Below, piece after piece: positions 29,681-39,265 of a stretch of DNA of 64,000 bases (within the stretch, counting starts at the first letter, position 1; each line of letters starts with the position of its first letter). The position numbers and the translations under genes were made by a program. The DNA is from Dehalococcoidia bacterium (lineage in GTDB: Bacteria; Chloroflexota; Dehalococcoidia; Lucifugimonadales; UBA3495): contig CBDBNP010000005.1 of NCBI GenBank assembly GCA_965207865.1, positions 112,055 to 176,054 of the forward strand, in the 5' to 3' direction. Below the pieces are notes generated by a model. The model was not told the DNA's origin. It made no database searches and worked only from the letters and a program-made list of their open reading frames with translations.

Positions 29681-30034
29681 ATGACTTTGCTCGTGAACGA
29701 AAGATGCACCGCCTGCCGCCGGGACTCGCCCAGCGTATCTGCGGAGGAAATCGCGGAGCTACACCCGCACGCCCCTGAATGGGAGCTGATTGACGTCGAG
29801 AGCGTCCCAAAGCTGGGCCGGGCGTTCCGGTTCCACGACTTCGCGCAAGCTCTTGCCTTCACGAACCGGGTGGGCGAATTGGCCGAGGAGGAGGGGCATC
29901 ACCCGCGACTGACCACCGAGTGGGGGCGGGTGCGGGTCACCTGGTGGACGCATAAGATTCGGAACTTGCATCGGAACGACTTCGTGATGGCGGCAAAGAC
30001 CGACGCAATTTACGCAGGGCTATCCTCTCTGTAG
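29681..30034 (+). CDS. pterin-4-alpha-carbinolamine dehydratase
   Basis: F.F.DFAQALAFTNRVGELAEEEGHHP, WWTHKI..LHRNDFVMAAK. Confidence 0.9.
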   Translation: MTLLVNERCTACRRDSPSVSAEEIAELHPHAPEWELIDVESVPKLGRAFRFHDFAQALAFTNRVGELAEEEGHHPRLTTEWGRVRVTWWTHKIRNLHRNDFVMAAKTDAIYAGLSSL

Positions 30035-30095
30035 CAACACCCAAATCCCTGTTAACCGAAACCCGAAATAGCGCAGAACTTACCAGGATAATACT

Positions 30096-31115
30096 ATGAG
30101 AGTTACGCATCGCCTGGCGTCCCAGTCCCTGGCCTCCATACCGTCCGAAGCTGCTTGGGCCGAATCCATCGGCTATGATGCGCTGTCGAAAAACGAGACG
30201 GCCCACGACTCATTCATTCCGCTGACGCTGGCCGCAACTTCCACCACCAAGGCCGTGCTGCAGACCAGCGTGGCCATCGCCTTTCCCCGGTCGCCAATGA
30301 TAGCCGCCTACACTGCCCGCGACCTGCAGGACCTCTCGCGGGGCCGGTTCCGGCTGGGCCTGGGGACGCAGGTTAAAGGTCACATCGAACGACGGTTTTC
30401 CACCTCGTGGGAATCGCCGGGGCCACGCCTGAGGGAATACGTGCAGGCACTGAAAGCCATCTGGTCAGCCTGGGAGACCGGGGAGCGGCTGAACTACCAG
30501 GGAAAGCACTACCAGTTCACGCTGATGACGCCTTTCTTCAGCCCCGGCCCCGGAGAGTTTTCGCCACCGCCGGTCTTTGCGGCTGCGGTCAATGCCTACA
30601 ACTGCCAGGTGGCCGGTGAGGTGGCCGACGGACTGATGCTGCACAGCCTCGTCTCCCCGGAATACGTTCGCGACGTTGTCCGCCCTGCCCTGGCCCGCGG
30701 CGCCGAGCGAGCCGGCCGCGAGGCTGGCGGGATCACAGTCAGCGGCGGAGGATTCCTCATCACCGGACCCGACAGGTCGTCCCTACGGGCCGCGCAGGTG
30801 GAGGTCCGTCGCAGAATCGCGTTCTATGCCTCCACCCGCACCTACCATTCCGTTCTCGCGGCGCACGGTTTCGAGGAAATTGGGCAGCGGCTCCACGAAA
30901 TGTCATTGCGCGGCGAGTGGGCAGAGATGGGCGAACTGGTAAGTGACGAGATGCTGGACGCCTTCGCCGTCTCCGGGGAGTACGACGAGATCGCCGGCGA
31001 GTTCGCGAGGCGCTACGGCGGACTGGTCGACGAGGCCAGCTATACTCTCTACTCCGAGCAACCCGTTGCCGAATCAGACCTGCGTCGAATTGTCCGAGAC
31101 TTCAGGGAGCTGTGA
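30096..31115 (+). CDS. LLM class oxidoreductase, probably F420-dependent (TIGR03617-like)
   Basis: ETAHDSFIPL, TSVAIAFPRSPM, GRFRLGLGTQVKGHIERRFS, HYQFTLMTPFF, RRRIAFYASTRTY. Confidence 0.85.
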   Translation: MRVTHRLASQSLASIPSEAAWAESIGYDALSKNETAHDSFIPLTLAATSTTKAVLQTSVAIAFPRSPMIAAYTARDLQDLSRGRFRLGLGTQVKGHIERRFSTSWESPGPRLREYVQALKAIWSAWETGERLNYQGKHYQFTLMTPFFSPGPGEFSPPPVFAAAVNAYNCQVAGEVADGLMLHSLVSPEYVRDVVRPALARGAERAGREAGGITVSGGGFLITGPDRSSLRAAQVEVRRRIAFYASTRTYHSVLAAHGFEEIGQRLHEMSLRGEWAEMGELVSDEMLDAFAVSGEYDEIAGEFARRYGGLVDEASYTLYSEQPVAESDLRRIVRDFREL

Positions 31116-32179
31116 TTGTTATGCCTGCAAATTCCAGCTTTGCCCACCTGGTGGGTTCCGTTCCCCTGGCAGACTCTGAAACCGTTTTCCGTACGGTCAC
31201 CGGCGCCCTGGGTTCAAGCTTGCGACGCATCCCTGACGGAGAGACCGGGGAGCGGATCCGATGGATCTGGTTCCAGAGGGAGATGCTGCTCAGTCATCCC
31301 GACCTGGAAATCGACGAGGACGCCGGCCTCTTCGCTGTCTACCAGTGGGACGGCGTCCTGCTGCGCGAATCCCCTTACGTGCGATTCAAGCCTTCAGTTG
31401 ACCCCGAACAGGTGCATTTTCCGACCGGTTATGCCGAGGCGGCAACGGCCTCCTACGCTACTTTTTCCCGGCTGCGAGAGGAGGGGGTCATCGGGCCGGA
31501 AGTGCTATTCCAGGTGTCTCTGCCCACTCCCATGGCGACGGGATTCATGTACGTCAGCGACGCCGCCCGCGACGCCTACCTTCCGGCCTACGAGCGAGCG
31601 CTGGCCCAGGCGCTGAATGGCATCCTGGGAGCCATACATCACGAGCAGCTCTCCATCCAGTGGGACGTGTGCCAGGAGGTGCTGCTATTCGAGGACTACT
31701 TTTCCTACAGGCCCCAGGACTACAAGGACCAGGTTTATGATGAGCTGGCCAGGCTTGGCGGCATGGTGCCGGAGTCGGTGGATCTCGGGTATCATCTCTG
31801 CTACGGCTCACCCGCAGACGAGCATCTAGTGATGCCTCGGGACATGGAAATCCTGGTCGAGATGAGCAACGGCTTGGTGTCCCGTTTGCAGCGGCGGCTG
31901 GACTTCCTGCACCTGCCGGTACCCAAGGATCGCATCGACCTGGACTACTTCCGTCCTCTGGAGGGTCTGAAGCTTTCCGACGGCGCCAGCCTGATCATGG
32001 GGCTGATACATCACGATGACGCGGAAGGCGATGTTGCCAGGATAACGGCCGCGCGTGAGTTCCTGTCCGGTTTCGGCGTCGCCAGCGAATGCGGCTGGGG
32101 TCGGACTGACCCGGCCCGCGTTCCGGGCCTGCTGGAAAGCCACCGTCGTGCAGTGGAGCACCTGAACCAGGCGAACTAG
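31112..32179 (+). CDS. MetE/UROD-like barrel protein (cobalamin-independent methionine synthase-related)
   Basis: HLVGSVP N-terminus, RIPDGETGER..W, QWD, HLCYG, ECGWGR; lacks the two-barrel length of MetE. Confidence 0.65.
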   Translation: MIVMPANSSFAHLVGSVPLADSETVFRTVTGALGSSLRRIPDGETGERIRWIWFQREMLLSHPDLEIDEDAGLFAVYQWDGVLLRESPYVRFKPSVDPEQVHFPTGYAEAATASYATFSRLREEGVIGPEVLFQVSLPTPMATGFMYVSDAARDAYLPAYERALAQALNGILGAIHHEQLSIQWDVCQEVLLFEDYFSYRPQDYKDQVYDELARLGGMVPESVDLGYHLCYGSPADEHLVMPRDMEILVEMSNGLVSRLQRRLDFLHLPVPKDRIDLDYFRPLEGLKLSDGASLIMGLIHHDDAEGDVARITAAREFLSGFGVASECGWGRTDPARVPGLLESHRRAVEHLNQAN

Positions 32180-32306
32180 TAGACCAACTTCTTTGAAATG
32201 ATGGGCAAAGGGGGCACCCACAAAGGGTTGCCCCTACCAGCCAGAGGCAGTCCCGTAGGGGCGCTCCTTGTGGGCGCCCTGATCGCTGTAGCCAAGGCTA
32301 CTCATC
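32176..32306 (+). repeat. ~130-bp dispersed element containing an inverted GTAG-REP doublet (copy 1)
   Basis: CTAGTAGACCAACTTCTTTGAAATGATGGGC...GGGCACCCACAAAGGGTTGCCCCTAC-17nt-GTAGGGGCGCTCCTTGTGGGCGCCCTG...GCCAAGGCTAC; matches the reverse complement of 38996-39125. Confidence 0.85.
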
Positions 32307-32331
32307 ACTAAAAAGATTTCGCACCAGTAGC

Positions 32332-33144
32332 TCAGGAATACAGGAAACGCCAATCGGTGCTGCCGAGCCCCAATCGGATGCGGCGGAAGGCCTCGGTGTA
32401 TTCAACGCCAGTCTTCTCGCTGAACCGGGTGGCGTTGTTACTGATGCGCGACAGCCTTTCCTCCGTCGTCGCCGGCGACATCTGGCTGGCGTGGGCCTCG
32501 AGGGAAAGGGTCTTGGCTTCAAGATAGTTGCCAATCTCGACGAAGACGTCCGGTGATTCGCTGCCCCACATGTAAACCTGCTCCACCATGTGGGGTTCGA
32601 GACCCTCTTCTGTGATCTGCTCCGGAAAATGCAGGTAGCTCCAGGCGTAGGTGAATGCCGCGTCCAGGGCCACCTGCCCGCTCTTGCGATGGTCCCGGTG
32701 GGTGTGGCTGGTGCTGCGGTACGGATCGATGCACAGGATAGTGTCAGGCTTGTGGCGCCGGATCTCTCGAACAACCTGACTACGAAAGAGCTCGGTGTCT
32801 TCAAGCCCGCCATCGGGATAACGAAGGAAAACAACGTCCTTGGCTCCGGTGATCTCGGCGGCGGCCCACTGCTCCTCCTCTCGAATCGCAGCCAGCCTCT
32901 CGGGGGTAAGATCCCGTTCCTGGGTGCCCTTGTTGCCGTTGGTGCACATCACCACGACAGCCTCGGTACCGAATTCCCTGACCCACTTGGACAGCGCGCC
33001 ACCGCAACCGCCTTCGCAATCATCGGGATGCGGAGTTACCGCCAGGGCCACACGGGGAGCAGTGGTCAGGATTTCAAACCCCTCGTCAACTTCCGGGGCA
33101 GGTGGTACGGGACCGGACATGCCGAATTGCGTGTTCTGGAGCAT
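32332..33144 (-). CDS. PIG-L / LmbE family deacetylase
   Basis: VTPHPDDCEGGCGG, CTNGNKG, R.EEQ.AAA, FLRYPDG, HRDHR, AHASQ. Confidence 0.88.
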   Translation of the reverse strand: MLQNTQFGMSGPVPPAPEVDEGFEILTTAPRVALAVTPHPDDCEGGCGGALSKWVREFGTEAVVVMCTNGNKGTQERDLTPERLAAIREEEQWAAAEITGAKDVVFLRYPDGGLEDTELFRSQVVREIRRHKPDTILCIDPYRSTSHTHRDHRKSGQVALDAAFTYAWSYLHFPEQITEEGLEPHMVEQVYMWGSESPDVFVEIGNYLEAKTLSLEAHASQMSPATTEERLSRISNNATRFSEKTGVEYTEAFRRIRLGLGSTDWRFLYS

Positions 33145-33170
33145 TGACTACATCCTGGTTAGCTTTTCGT

Positions 33171-33830
33171 TCAGCCTGAGAGCGTGGTGGACCGGCCCAC
33201 GTCGGTGGCGGCGTATCGCCCGGCGCGGCCGGGGATTCGTTCCAGCCAACCAAACTTTGACCTGGCGGCGTTGCGGATCGTTTGTGTAAAATTATTGGCC
33301 CGGCGCCATCCTATGAGATCGAAGAGTTCACCTACTTCGTCAGCGGTCACCCCTTCCAGCCCAAAGAACCGGCCGGCGGCCTCGATCGCCACGACAACCC
33401 TGCGCATGTCCCCCGTCGGATTTACCGCCTCGCAAAACGCCACGTAATCCTGCCTGGCCTCCGGTGAGTAGCGGTTCAAGTCCAGCGTGCGATCTCCAAT
33501 CTCGCCGGAAGGGTGTCCGTTCCAGCCGTTGCCCGCAGCGCCGTGGACAGGCGCGGGAATCATGCCAGACATCCGGTCACTATGAAAGCCATTGGAGTAT
33601 TCCGGGGGAACCACCCTCGGCATCCTCACGTCGGGGTCCGGTACACCGTTACCTTTTTCCGGAATTTCCTCATTATGCAAGACAGGGCCGGGTTGGGGGG
33701 CATTAAGGAATTGGCCGTCCAATTGCATGGTCTTCAGTATCAGCGCAAGCGCCTCGTGTACTGGCTCGGCTCCATCGGACTCCAACGTAATCAAAGCACT
33801 ATTAGGCAGCGTTATGGACAATTTAAGCAT
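33171..33830 (-). CDS. hypothetical protein, possible C-terminal winged-helix domain
   Basis: 219-aa ORF filling the gap with upstream GGG-GA RBS; C-terminal VTADEVGELFDLIGW...NNFTQTIRNAARSKFGWLE...GRYAAT.VG is wHTH-like. Confidence 0.6.
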   Translation of the reverse strand: MLKLSITLPNSALITLESDGAEPVHEALALILKTMQLDGQFLNAPQPGPVLHNEEIPEKGNGVPDPDVRMPRVVPPEYSNGFHSDRMSGMIPAPVHGAAGNGWNGHPSGEIGDRTLDLNRYSPEARQDYVAFCEAVNPTGDMRRVVVAIEAAGRFFGLEGVTADEVGELFDLIGWRRANNFTQTIRNAARSKFGWLERIPGRAGRYAATDVGRSTTLSG

Positions 33831-33918
33831 GTCTTCCCCATCACCCCGAACGTCTCACACCTGGTTACACTAGGTATATGATACCTGTGGGGTAATAGTC
33901 AAGACATAATGCATTTTG

Positions 33919-33956
33919 TTACCCTTTTCCGCCAATTTCAAAAAGGGTAATTACCC
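33919..33956. promoter_or_regulatory. inverted-repeat operator candidate (or uvrC terminator)
   Basis: TTACCCTTTT-N12-AAAAGGGTAA, overlapped by palindrome GGGTAATTACCC (33945-33956). Confidence 0.45.
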
Positions 33957-34026
33957 GAGCAATCAGGTCGCAGTGGACAAATCGGGCGATGTTTGCCCAA
34001 AGTGGACGCAACCGGAGCGATACCGG

Positions 34027-35913
34027 CTATATGGTCTGCTTGATGCGAATGGCCAGAGAGCGTGTCATTCCAGGTACGGCGGCTATCTCATCCACCGCCG
34101 CCTCCTTGATGCCCTTCAGAGAACCGAACCGGCGCATGAGCATGCGCTTTCGCTTCGGGCCGATTCCGCTGACCAGGTCAATGGGAGACCCCAGGCTTCC
34201 CTTGCTGCGCAGATTGCGGTGGTAGGTAATGGCGAAGCGGTGGGCCTCATCGCGAATGCGCTGGACCAGGTAAAGTGCCTGGGAATCTCGCGGGAGTATG
34301 ATGGGCTCGGGCGTGTGGGGCACAAACAGCCACTCGTTCTCCTTGGCCAGAGAAGCCAATGGAATGTCCTCGAGGCCCAACTCGAGCATTACCTCAAGCG
34401 CGGCGGAGAGCTGTCCCTTTCCTCCATCGATCAACACTAGGTCGGGGACTGCGGCCCAGCCGGTATCGGGAGCCGCCTCGGTCTCTCCGCTGTCAGAGGT
34501 ATTCCTCGCCGCCGCCAGGCGTTTGAAGCGCCGGCGCAGCACCTCGCGCATGCTCTCGAAATCGTCCACCCCGTCGACAGTCTTCACTTTGAACCGGCGG
34601 TATTGTGAACGCTTGGGCTGGCCGTCTTCGAACACCACCATGCTACCCACGGAGTTGCTGCCCTGGATGTGCGAGATGTCGTAGCACTCCATCCGGCGCA
34701 GCGGCAGCGGCAGGGACAATTCCTCCTCCAGTTCCGTCATCGCCTGCTGGATCACATCCAGGTTGTCCAGCCACTTGATGCGATGCTGGGCCAGCCCCTG
34801 CCGGGCGTTGTCTGCCACCGTATCCACCAGCTGCTTGTGGACTCCCTTCTGGGGCCACACCAGCCGCACCGCTCCACCCCGGAGCCCCCGCAGCCATTCG
34901 GTAACAACCTCCTCGTCCTCAACCGGATGCTGGGTGACGATGCGGGGTGGGATGGTCTGCGCCGAACCATAGAACTGCTTTATAAACTGCCCTATGACAA
35001 TGGCGGCTGAGTCGTCCTGGGCTCCCTCCATGAAGAAGTGGTCGCGGCCGATGAGCTTGCCCTTTCGGATAAAGAACACCTCTACCCAGGCCTCCGCCGA
35101 TCCCTGGGCCACTGCGATCACATCCATGCCGGCCTGCCACGTGGGATTGCCCCCGGCGGCTGGATTGGAATCGACCTTGATGCGCCGTTCCTCGGCCACT
35201 CTCTCCACGGCCTTGATACGGTCCCGCAAGACGGCCGCTCGCTCGAACTCCAGCCGCTCCGCCGCCAGGGCCATGTTCTCATCGAGGTCCTTGGTCACGG
35301 AGTCCGTGTCGCCCTCCATGAACATTATGACCTGGTCAATGACTTTGGCGTATTCCTCTTCGGTGGCATACCCGGTGCAGGGCGCCACGCAGCGGTTGAT
35401 GTAGTACTCCAGGCAGGGACGGGCATCGGTACCGGTGATGTTCTTGGTGCAGGAACGGTAGGGAAAGAGCCGTTTCACCAGGTCCATGGACTTCCGCACC
35501 GTGTTGGCGGTGGCGAATGGCCCGAAATATCTGGCGCCGTCCTTGGCGACCCGCCTCGTTATGTAGACCCTGGGGAATTTCTCGTTGAGGTCAATCTTCA
35601 GATAGGGGTAGGTCTTGTCATCCTTGAGGCGAGCGTTATAGCGAGGCTTGTAGCGCTTGATGAGGGTGTTCTCAAGGATGAGAGCCTCCGCCTCCGAGTC
35701 CGTGACGATGTACTCGAAGTCGTGGACGTGCCCCATCATGCGCCGCGTCTTGTTCGGCTGATTGGAGGGCGAACCAAAGTAGGTGCGGAGACGGTTGCGG
35801 AGTACGCTGGCCTTGCCGACGTACAGCACCGTACCACGGGCGTCCTTCATCAGGTAGACGCCCGGACGCTCAGGAGTGGCCTGCAGCCGTTGTACAACCA
35901 ATGGTAGAGGCAT
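34027..35913 (-). CDS. uvrC: excinuclease ABC subunit C
   Basis: GIY-YIG PGVYLM...YVGKA..LRNR, EALILENTLIK...P.YN, CYDISHIQG, DLVLIDGGKGQL, RDEAHRFAI, HhH GIGPKR. Confidence 0.96.
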   Translation of the reverse strand: MPLPLVVQRLQATPERPGVYLMKDARGTVLYVGKASVLRNRLRTYFGSPSNQPNKTRRMMGHVHDFEYIVTDSEAEALILENTLIKRYKPRYNARLKDDKTYPYLKIDLNEKFPRVYITRRVAKDGARYFGPFATANTVRKSMDLVKRLFPYRSCTKNITGTDARPCLEYYINRCVAPCTGYATEEEYAKVIDQVIMFMEGDTDSVTKDLDENMALAAERLEFERAAVLRDRIKAVERVAEERRIKVDSNPAAGGNPTWQAGMDVIAVAQGSAEAWVEVFFIRKGKLIGRDHFFMEGAQDDSAAIVIGQFIKQFYGSAQTIPPRIVTQHPVEDEEVVTEWLRGLRGGAVRLVWPQKGVHKQLVDTVADNARQGLAQHRIKWLDNLDVIQQAMTELEEELSLPLPLRRMECYDISHIQGSNSVGSMVVFEDGQPKRSQYRRFKVKTVDGVDDFESMREVLRRRFKRLAAARNTSDSGETEAAPDTGWAAVPDLVLIDGGKGQLSAALEVMLELGLEDIPLASLAKENEWLFVPHTPEPIILPRDSQALYLVQRIRDEAHRFAITYHRNLRSKGSLGSPIDLVSGIGPKRKRMLMRRFGSLKGIKEAAVDEIAAVPGMTRSLAIRIKQTI

Positions 35914-35938
35914 TGTCAGCGCACACTGGCCTCCAGTT

Positions 35939-36307
35939 TCAGAGAACGAACGAGAGAGCGACCAGGGCCGCGACGGCCACGGTAGCCAAAACCCCGATGC
36001 GTCGCAACTCGGAGCCAACGTAGCTGTACGCTGCCGGCCGTTCACCCCTCAAGCGGGCTTGAGGGCGCGGCTGCTCAGCGGGCCGGGGCGCCGGGTCAGC
36101 AACGGGAGTGATCTGTTCCGGTTCAGCCGCTGTGGCCGTGGAGACAGCCCCTGCTGCCTCCATCGCAAGCGTACCACCGCCGTTGGAAGGCAGCGGGGAT
36201 GCATTGGGCGCAGTGGAGGGGGCTCCGCTTGGTCCTCGCTGTCCCTTCTTTCTGCGTCGGCTTAGTTCACCTTGACGGGATGCTGCCCGTCTCGACTTTC
36301 CTGCCAT
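35939..36307 (-). CDS. hypothetical membrane-anchored protein
   Basis: Basic N-terminus, Pro/Ala linker, C-terminal hydrophobic helix; upstream GGAGG; co-oriented with uvrC. Confidence 0.6.
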   Translation of the reverse strand: MAGKSRRAASRQGELSRRRKKGQRGPSGAPSTAPNASPLPSNGGGTLAMEAAGAVSTATAAEPEQITPVADPAPRPAEQPRPQARLRGERPAAYSYVGSELRRIGVLATVAVAALVALSFVL

Positions 36308-36496
36308 GGGTGTGCACCTCCCAGGAGGTTGCGGGCGCGGGACCCCCCACGTCTATCCGCGAGAGGTCCAACATTTTTTGCTTTATATCAACAATAACTA
36401 TATCAGCAATTACCGGAAAAAGGCAGTGCGGCACGAACGGCGAACGGCGCCTTTTCGTTCCCAGGCGGGGACTCGGCTGATGACCGAGAACCGTCG

Positions 36497-36528
36497 AAAA
36501 GAAAGAGACCCGCCGTTTGGCGGGTCTC
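36497..36528 (-). terminator. putative intrinsic terminator after xerD
   Basis: GAGACCCGCC-GTTT-GGCGGGTCTC preceded by an A-run (U-tract on the minus strand). Confidence 0.65.
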
Positions 36529-36561
36529 CGATTCTTCGGACAGAGAGTCGTCTCCAGGAGG

Positions 36562-37488
36562 TCATGCCCTTGGATGGCTTTTCTCGTATTCCTCCCGCAT
36601 GTACGGGTCGGTGAGGTGGGTATAGACCTGGGTGGTTGAGATGCTGGAGTGCCCCAGGAGTTCCTGCACATGGCGCAGGGATGCGCCGTTCTGCAGCAGA
36701 TGGGTGGCAAAGCTGTGGCGCAGCGTGTGGGGAGTGATGCTTGACTTGATTCCGGCGGCTTGGGCGTAGTTCTTCAGTACGGACCAGACCCACTGCCGGG
36801 TCAAGCGCTCGCCGCGGTGATTCACGAACAGGGCCTGCTCATCCTTCCGCTTGCCCAGGAGTATTGGACGCGAGTTCCTCATGTAATTCCTGAGTTCCTG
36901 CAGCGCCTTGGGATACAGGTGCACGATGCGTTCCTTTGAGCCTTTTCCGAGGCATCGCACGTAGGACTCCTCGGTGTTGACGTCGCCCGTATTCAGAGAT
37001 ACGAGCTCGCCGACCCGTAGCCCGGTGGCGTAGAGGAGCTCCATCATCACCGCATCACGCTGCCCCTCGTTCGTGCCTGGCTTGTACCCCTCGTCCAGCA
37101 GCCTGCCAACCTCCTCCTCGGTGAGGTATTTGGGCAGAGACCTGCCGACCTTGGGTGTGCCCAGGGATTCCGTCGGGTCCTCGGTTATGATGCCGTTCTC
37201 GGACATGAACCCAAAGAACGACTTTACCGAGGCGACTTTGCGGGCGGTGGTGGCGTTCCGATATCCCTTTCGTTCCCTCAGGTCCGTGATGTAGAGGTTC
37301 ATGGTATCGATATTGATGGAGGCCCAGTTGAAGGTGCTCGAGCCGTTCTCTCCAACTTTTCCGACGCCGTTCAGCTGGAGAAATTCCATGAACTGGGAGA
37401 GATCGTTGCGGTAGGCGGAACAGGTGTTTTGGGAGAATCCCTTTTCAACGAGGAGATGCTGAAGGAAAGACGACACAGTACGATCCAT
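36562..37488 (-). CDS. xerD: site-specific tyrosine recombinase XerD/XerC
   Basis: AYRNDL, ARKVASVKSFF, LPKYL, ELLYATGLRVGEL, GKGSKER, TPHTLRHSFATHLL.NGA.LR.VQELLGH..ISTTQVYT. Confidence 0.9.
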   Translation of the reverse strand: MDRTVSSFLQHLLVEKGFSQNTCSAYRNDLSQFMEFLQLNGVGKVGENGSSTFNWASINIDTMNLYITDLRERKGYRNATTARKVASVKSFFGFMSENGIITEDPTESLGTPKVGRSLPKYLTEEEVGRLLDEGYKPGTNEGQRDAVMMELLYATGLRVGELVSLNTGDVNTEESYVRCLGKGSKERIVHLYPKALQELRNYMRNSRPILLGKRKDEQALFVNHRGERLTRQWVWSVLKNYAQAAGIKSSITPHTLRHSFATHLLQNGASLRHVQELLGHSSISTTQVYTHLTDPYMREEYEKSHPRA

Positions 37489-37659
37489 AGTGCGTATCCT
37501 TTCGCCGTAGCGTAAAACAGATGAACAAGTCATCAATGGGACGATGCCTGTTCAGTACTTGAGGTGATACTAGCATACCTATCGCTTGTCCCTGCTATTG
37601 GATGAGAACCGGAATTTGACCAAATTTGAGTTCTGTCAACCACTTCGAGGCGCAACACA

Positions 37660-37686
37660 AACGCCCCGGCCTGTAACCGGGGCGTT
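37660..37686 (-). terminator. putative terminator after the thiolase gene
   Basis: AACGCCCCGG-CCTGTAA-CCGGGGCGTT, perfect 10-bp stem. Confidence 0.55.
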
Positions 37687-37714
37687 AGATTCTCTGTGAG
37701 AGCAGCGCGGCGGA

Positions 37715-38887
37715 TCAGGTGGCGAGTAGAACGGTGCCAGTGGAAGACAGCGATCCTCCCGTGCCGTTGACAATGGAGGTCTTCGCCACCTCGCCAGGAG
37801 AGCGCTTGCTCATCACCTGCCGGTCGCCGCACTCACCTCGTAGCTGTCTGACGGCCTCCACCAACAGGAAAATACCGTACATACCGGGGTGAGTGTATGA
37901 CAGTCCGCCTCCGCTGGTGTTCAGCGGGAAGTCCCCGCCGGGTGCGGTGCGTTGGTTCGCCACGAAGTCGGCAGCCTCGCCACGACCACAGAACCCCAGA
38001 GATTCCAGCGTTACCATCACCGTGTAGGTGAAGGAGTCATAGATCATTGCCAAGTCGAGGTCGTCGTGGGTCAGTCCGGCCCGGGCCATGGCGCGCGGAC
38101 CCGACTCCCGGGCGGGGGTGATGGTATAGGAGGGCATCTGGCTGATGATGTTGTGGTCGTGAGACTCACCTCCTCCCAGGACCCAGACCGGTTGCTTGCG
38201 GCAACTGGCGGCGCGTTCGGCGGTGGTCACGATCACTGCGGCGCCGCTGTCCGTGACCAGGCAGCAGTCTAGCAGGTGGAAAGGCCACGAGACCCACCGG
38301 GAATTGTGATAGTCGTCAAAGCTCATCGGGGTATCGTGCATCTGGGCTACGGGATTCAGATTCGCCCACTTGCGAGTCGAAACGGCGATCTCGGCCATGC
38401 CCTGGCGTGTCTTGTCCTCGCCGTACTCGTGCATGTAGCGGGTGCAGGCCATGGAGTAGTTGATGGGCGCGCCAATGATGCCGTAGGGGGCCTCGTACAT
38501 CGCCGCCGGCAGATTACCGTCGGCGGGCACCCGCAGGCGGGCGGAGCGCCCGGCCTGGCCGTGGGTAATCAGCGCAGTCTCGCAGTACCCGGCGCGGATG
38601 GCGGCGATGGCATGTGCCACGTGGATAATGAAAGACGAGCCGCCGACGGAGGTGCTGTCGGTGAACAGCGGCTCTATGCCGAAATACTCCGCAGTGGCAA
38701 GGGTGGAGAAACCGGCTGTCAGCACGCCATCAATGTCGCTCATCTTGAAGCCAGCGTCATCCAGCGCGTTGTAAGCTGACTCGGCATGGTGCTGGAGTGA
38801 TGACTTGCCGGGCACATTGCCCATGACGTCCGATTCGGCAACCCCCACGATCGCAATATCCCTAGCTGCAGATCCGTTCGTAGCCAC
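37715..38887 (-). CDS. thiolase family protein (SCP-x / non-specific lipid-transfer type)
   Basis: AIVGVAES, GGSS, RKWANLNP.A, LLDCCLVTDSGAA, IYDSFT, NTSGGGLSYTHPG. Confidence 0.88.
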   Translation of the reverse strand: MATNGSAARDIAIVGVAESDVMGNVPGKSSLQHHAESAYNALDDAGFKMSDIDGVLTAGFSTLATAEYFGIEPLFTDSTSVGGSSFIIHVAHAIAAIRAGYCETALITHGQAGRSARLRVPADGNLPAAMYEAPYGIIGAPINYSMACTRYMHEYGEDKTRQGMAEIAVSTRKWANLNPVAQMHDTPMSFDDYHNSRWVSWPFHLLDCCLVTDSGAAVIVTTAERAASCRKQPVWVLGGGESHDHNIISQMPSYTITPARESGPRAMARAGLTHDDLDLAMIYDSFTYTVMVTLESLGFCGRGEAADFVANQRTAPGGDFPLNTSGGGLSYTHPGMYGIFLLVEAVRQLRGECGDRQVMSKRSPGEVAKTSIVNGTGGSLSSTGTVLLAT

Positions 38888-38995
38888 GGTAAACCCCCAA
38901 AAGCTCGTACCAAGAATGCTGCCGGAATCCGACGGGCCAGATACTACAACACTACGGCCTCTCTCACAAGGCTAGCAGTGCAAAATCTTTGCATT

Positions 38996-39125
38996 GATGG
39001 GTAGCCTTGGCCGAAGCGGTCAGGGCACCCACAAGGGGAGCCCCTACGGAACTGCCTCTGACTGGTAGGGGCAACCCTTGTGGTTGCCCTGGTGGCCCAT
39101 CATTTCAAAGCAGTTGGTCTACTAG
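38996..39125 (-). repeat. ~130-bp dispersed element containing an inverted GTAG-REP doublet (copy 2)
   Basis: GTAGCCTTGGC...CAGGGCACCCACAAGGGGAGCCCCTAC-17nt-GTAGGGGCAACCCTTGTGGTTGCCCTG...CATTTCAAAGCAGTTGGTCTACTAG; near reverse complement of 32176-32306. Confidence 0.85.
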
Positions 39126-39265
39126 CGTCAGTACGGAAATCCCTGGCAAGGCACGGTAAACCACTCTGTTTATCCCATCTCGGCCGTTGACCGGAAACAC
39201 CCCCACGCTGCTGAGGCGCACAGCCTCCTGGTAGGAGATTGCTGATCCCGGTAAGGCCGGACGGA

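Noticed and set aside
32176-32306. REP-doublet element as a tRNA or CRISPR repeat
   Set aside because: No cloverleaf, T-loop or CCA; copies are dispersed and inverted rather than arrayed
36562-37488. Tyrosine recombinase as a prophage or island integrase
   Set aside because: Length and motifs match housekeeping XerD/XerC; flanking genes are core (uvrC, thiolase) with host-like composition
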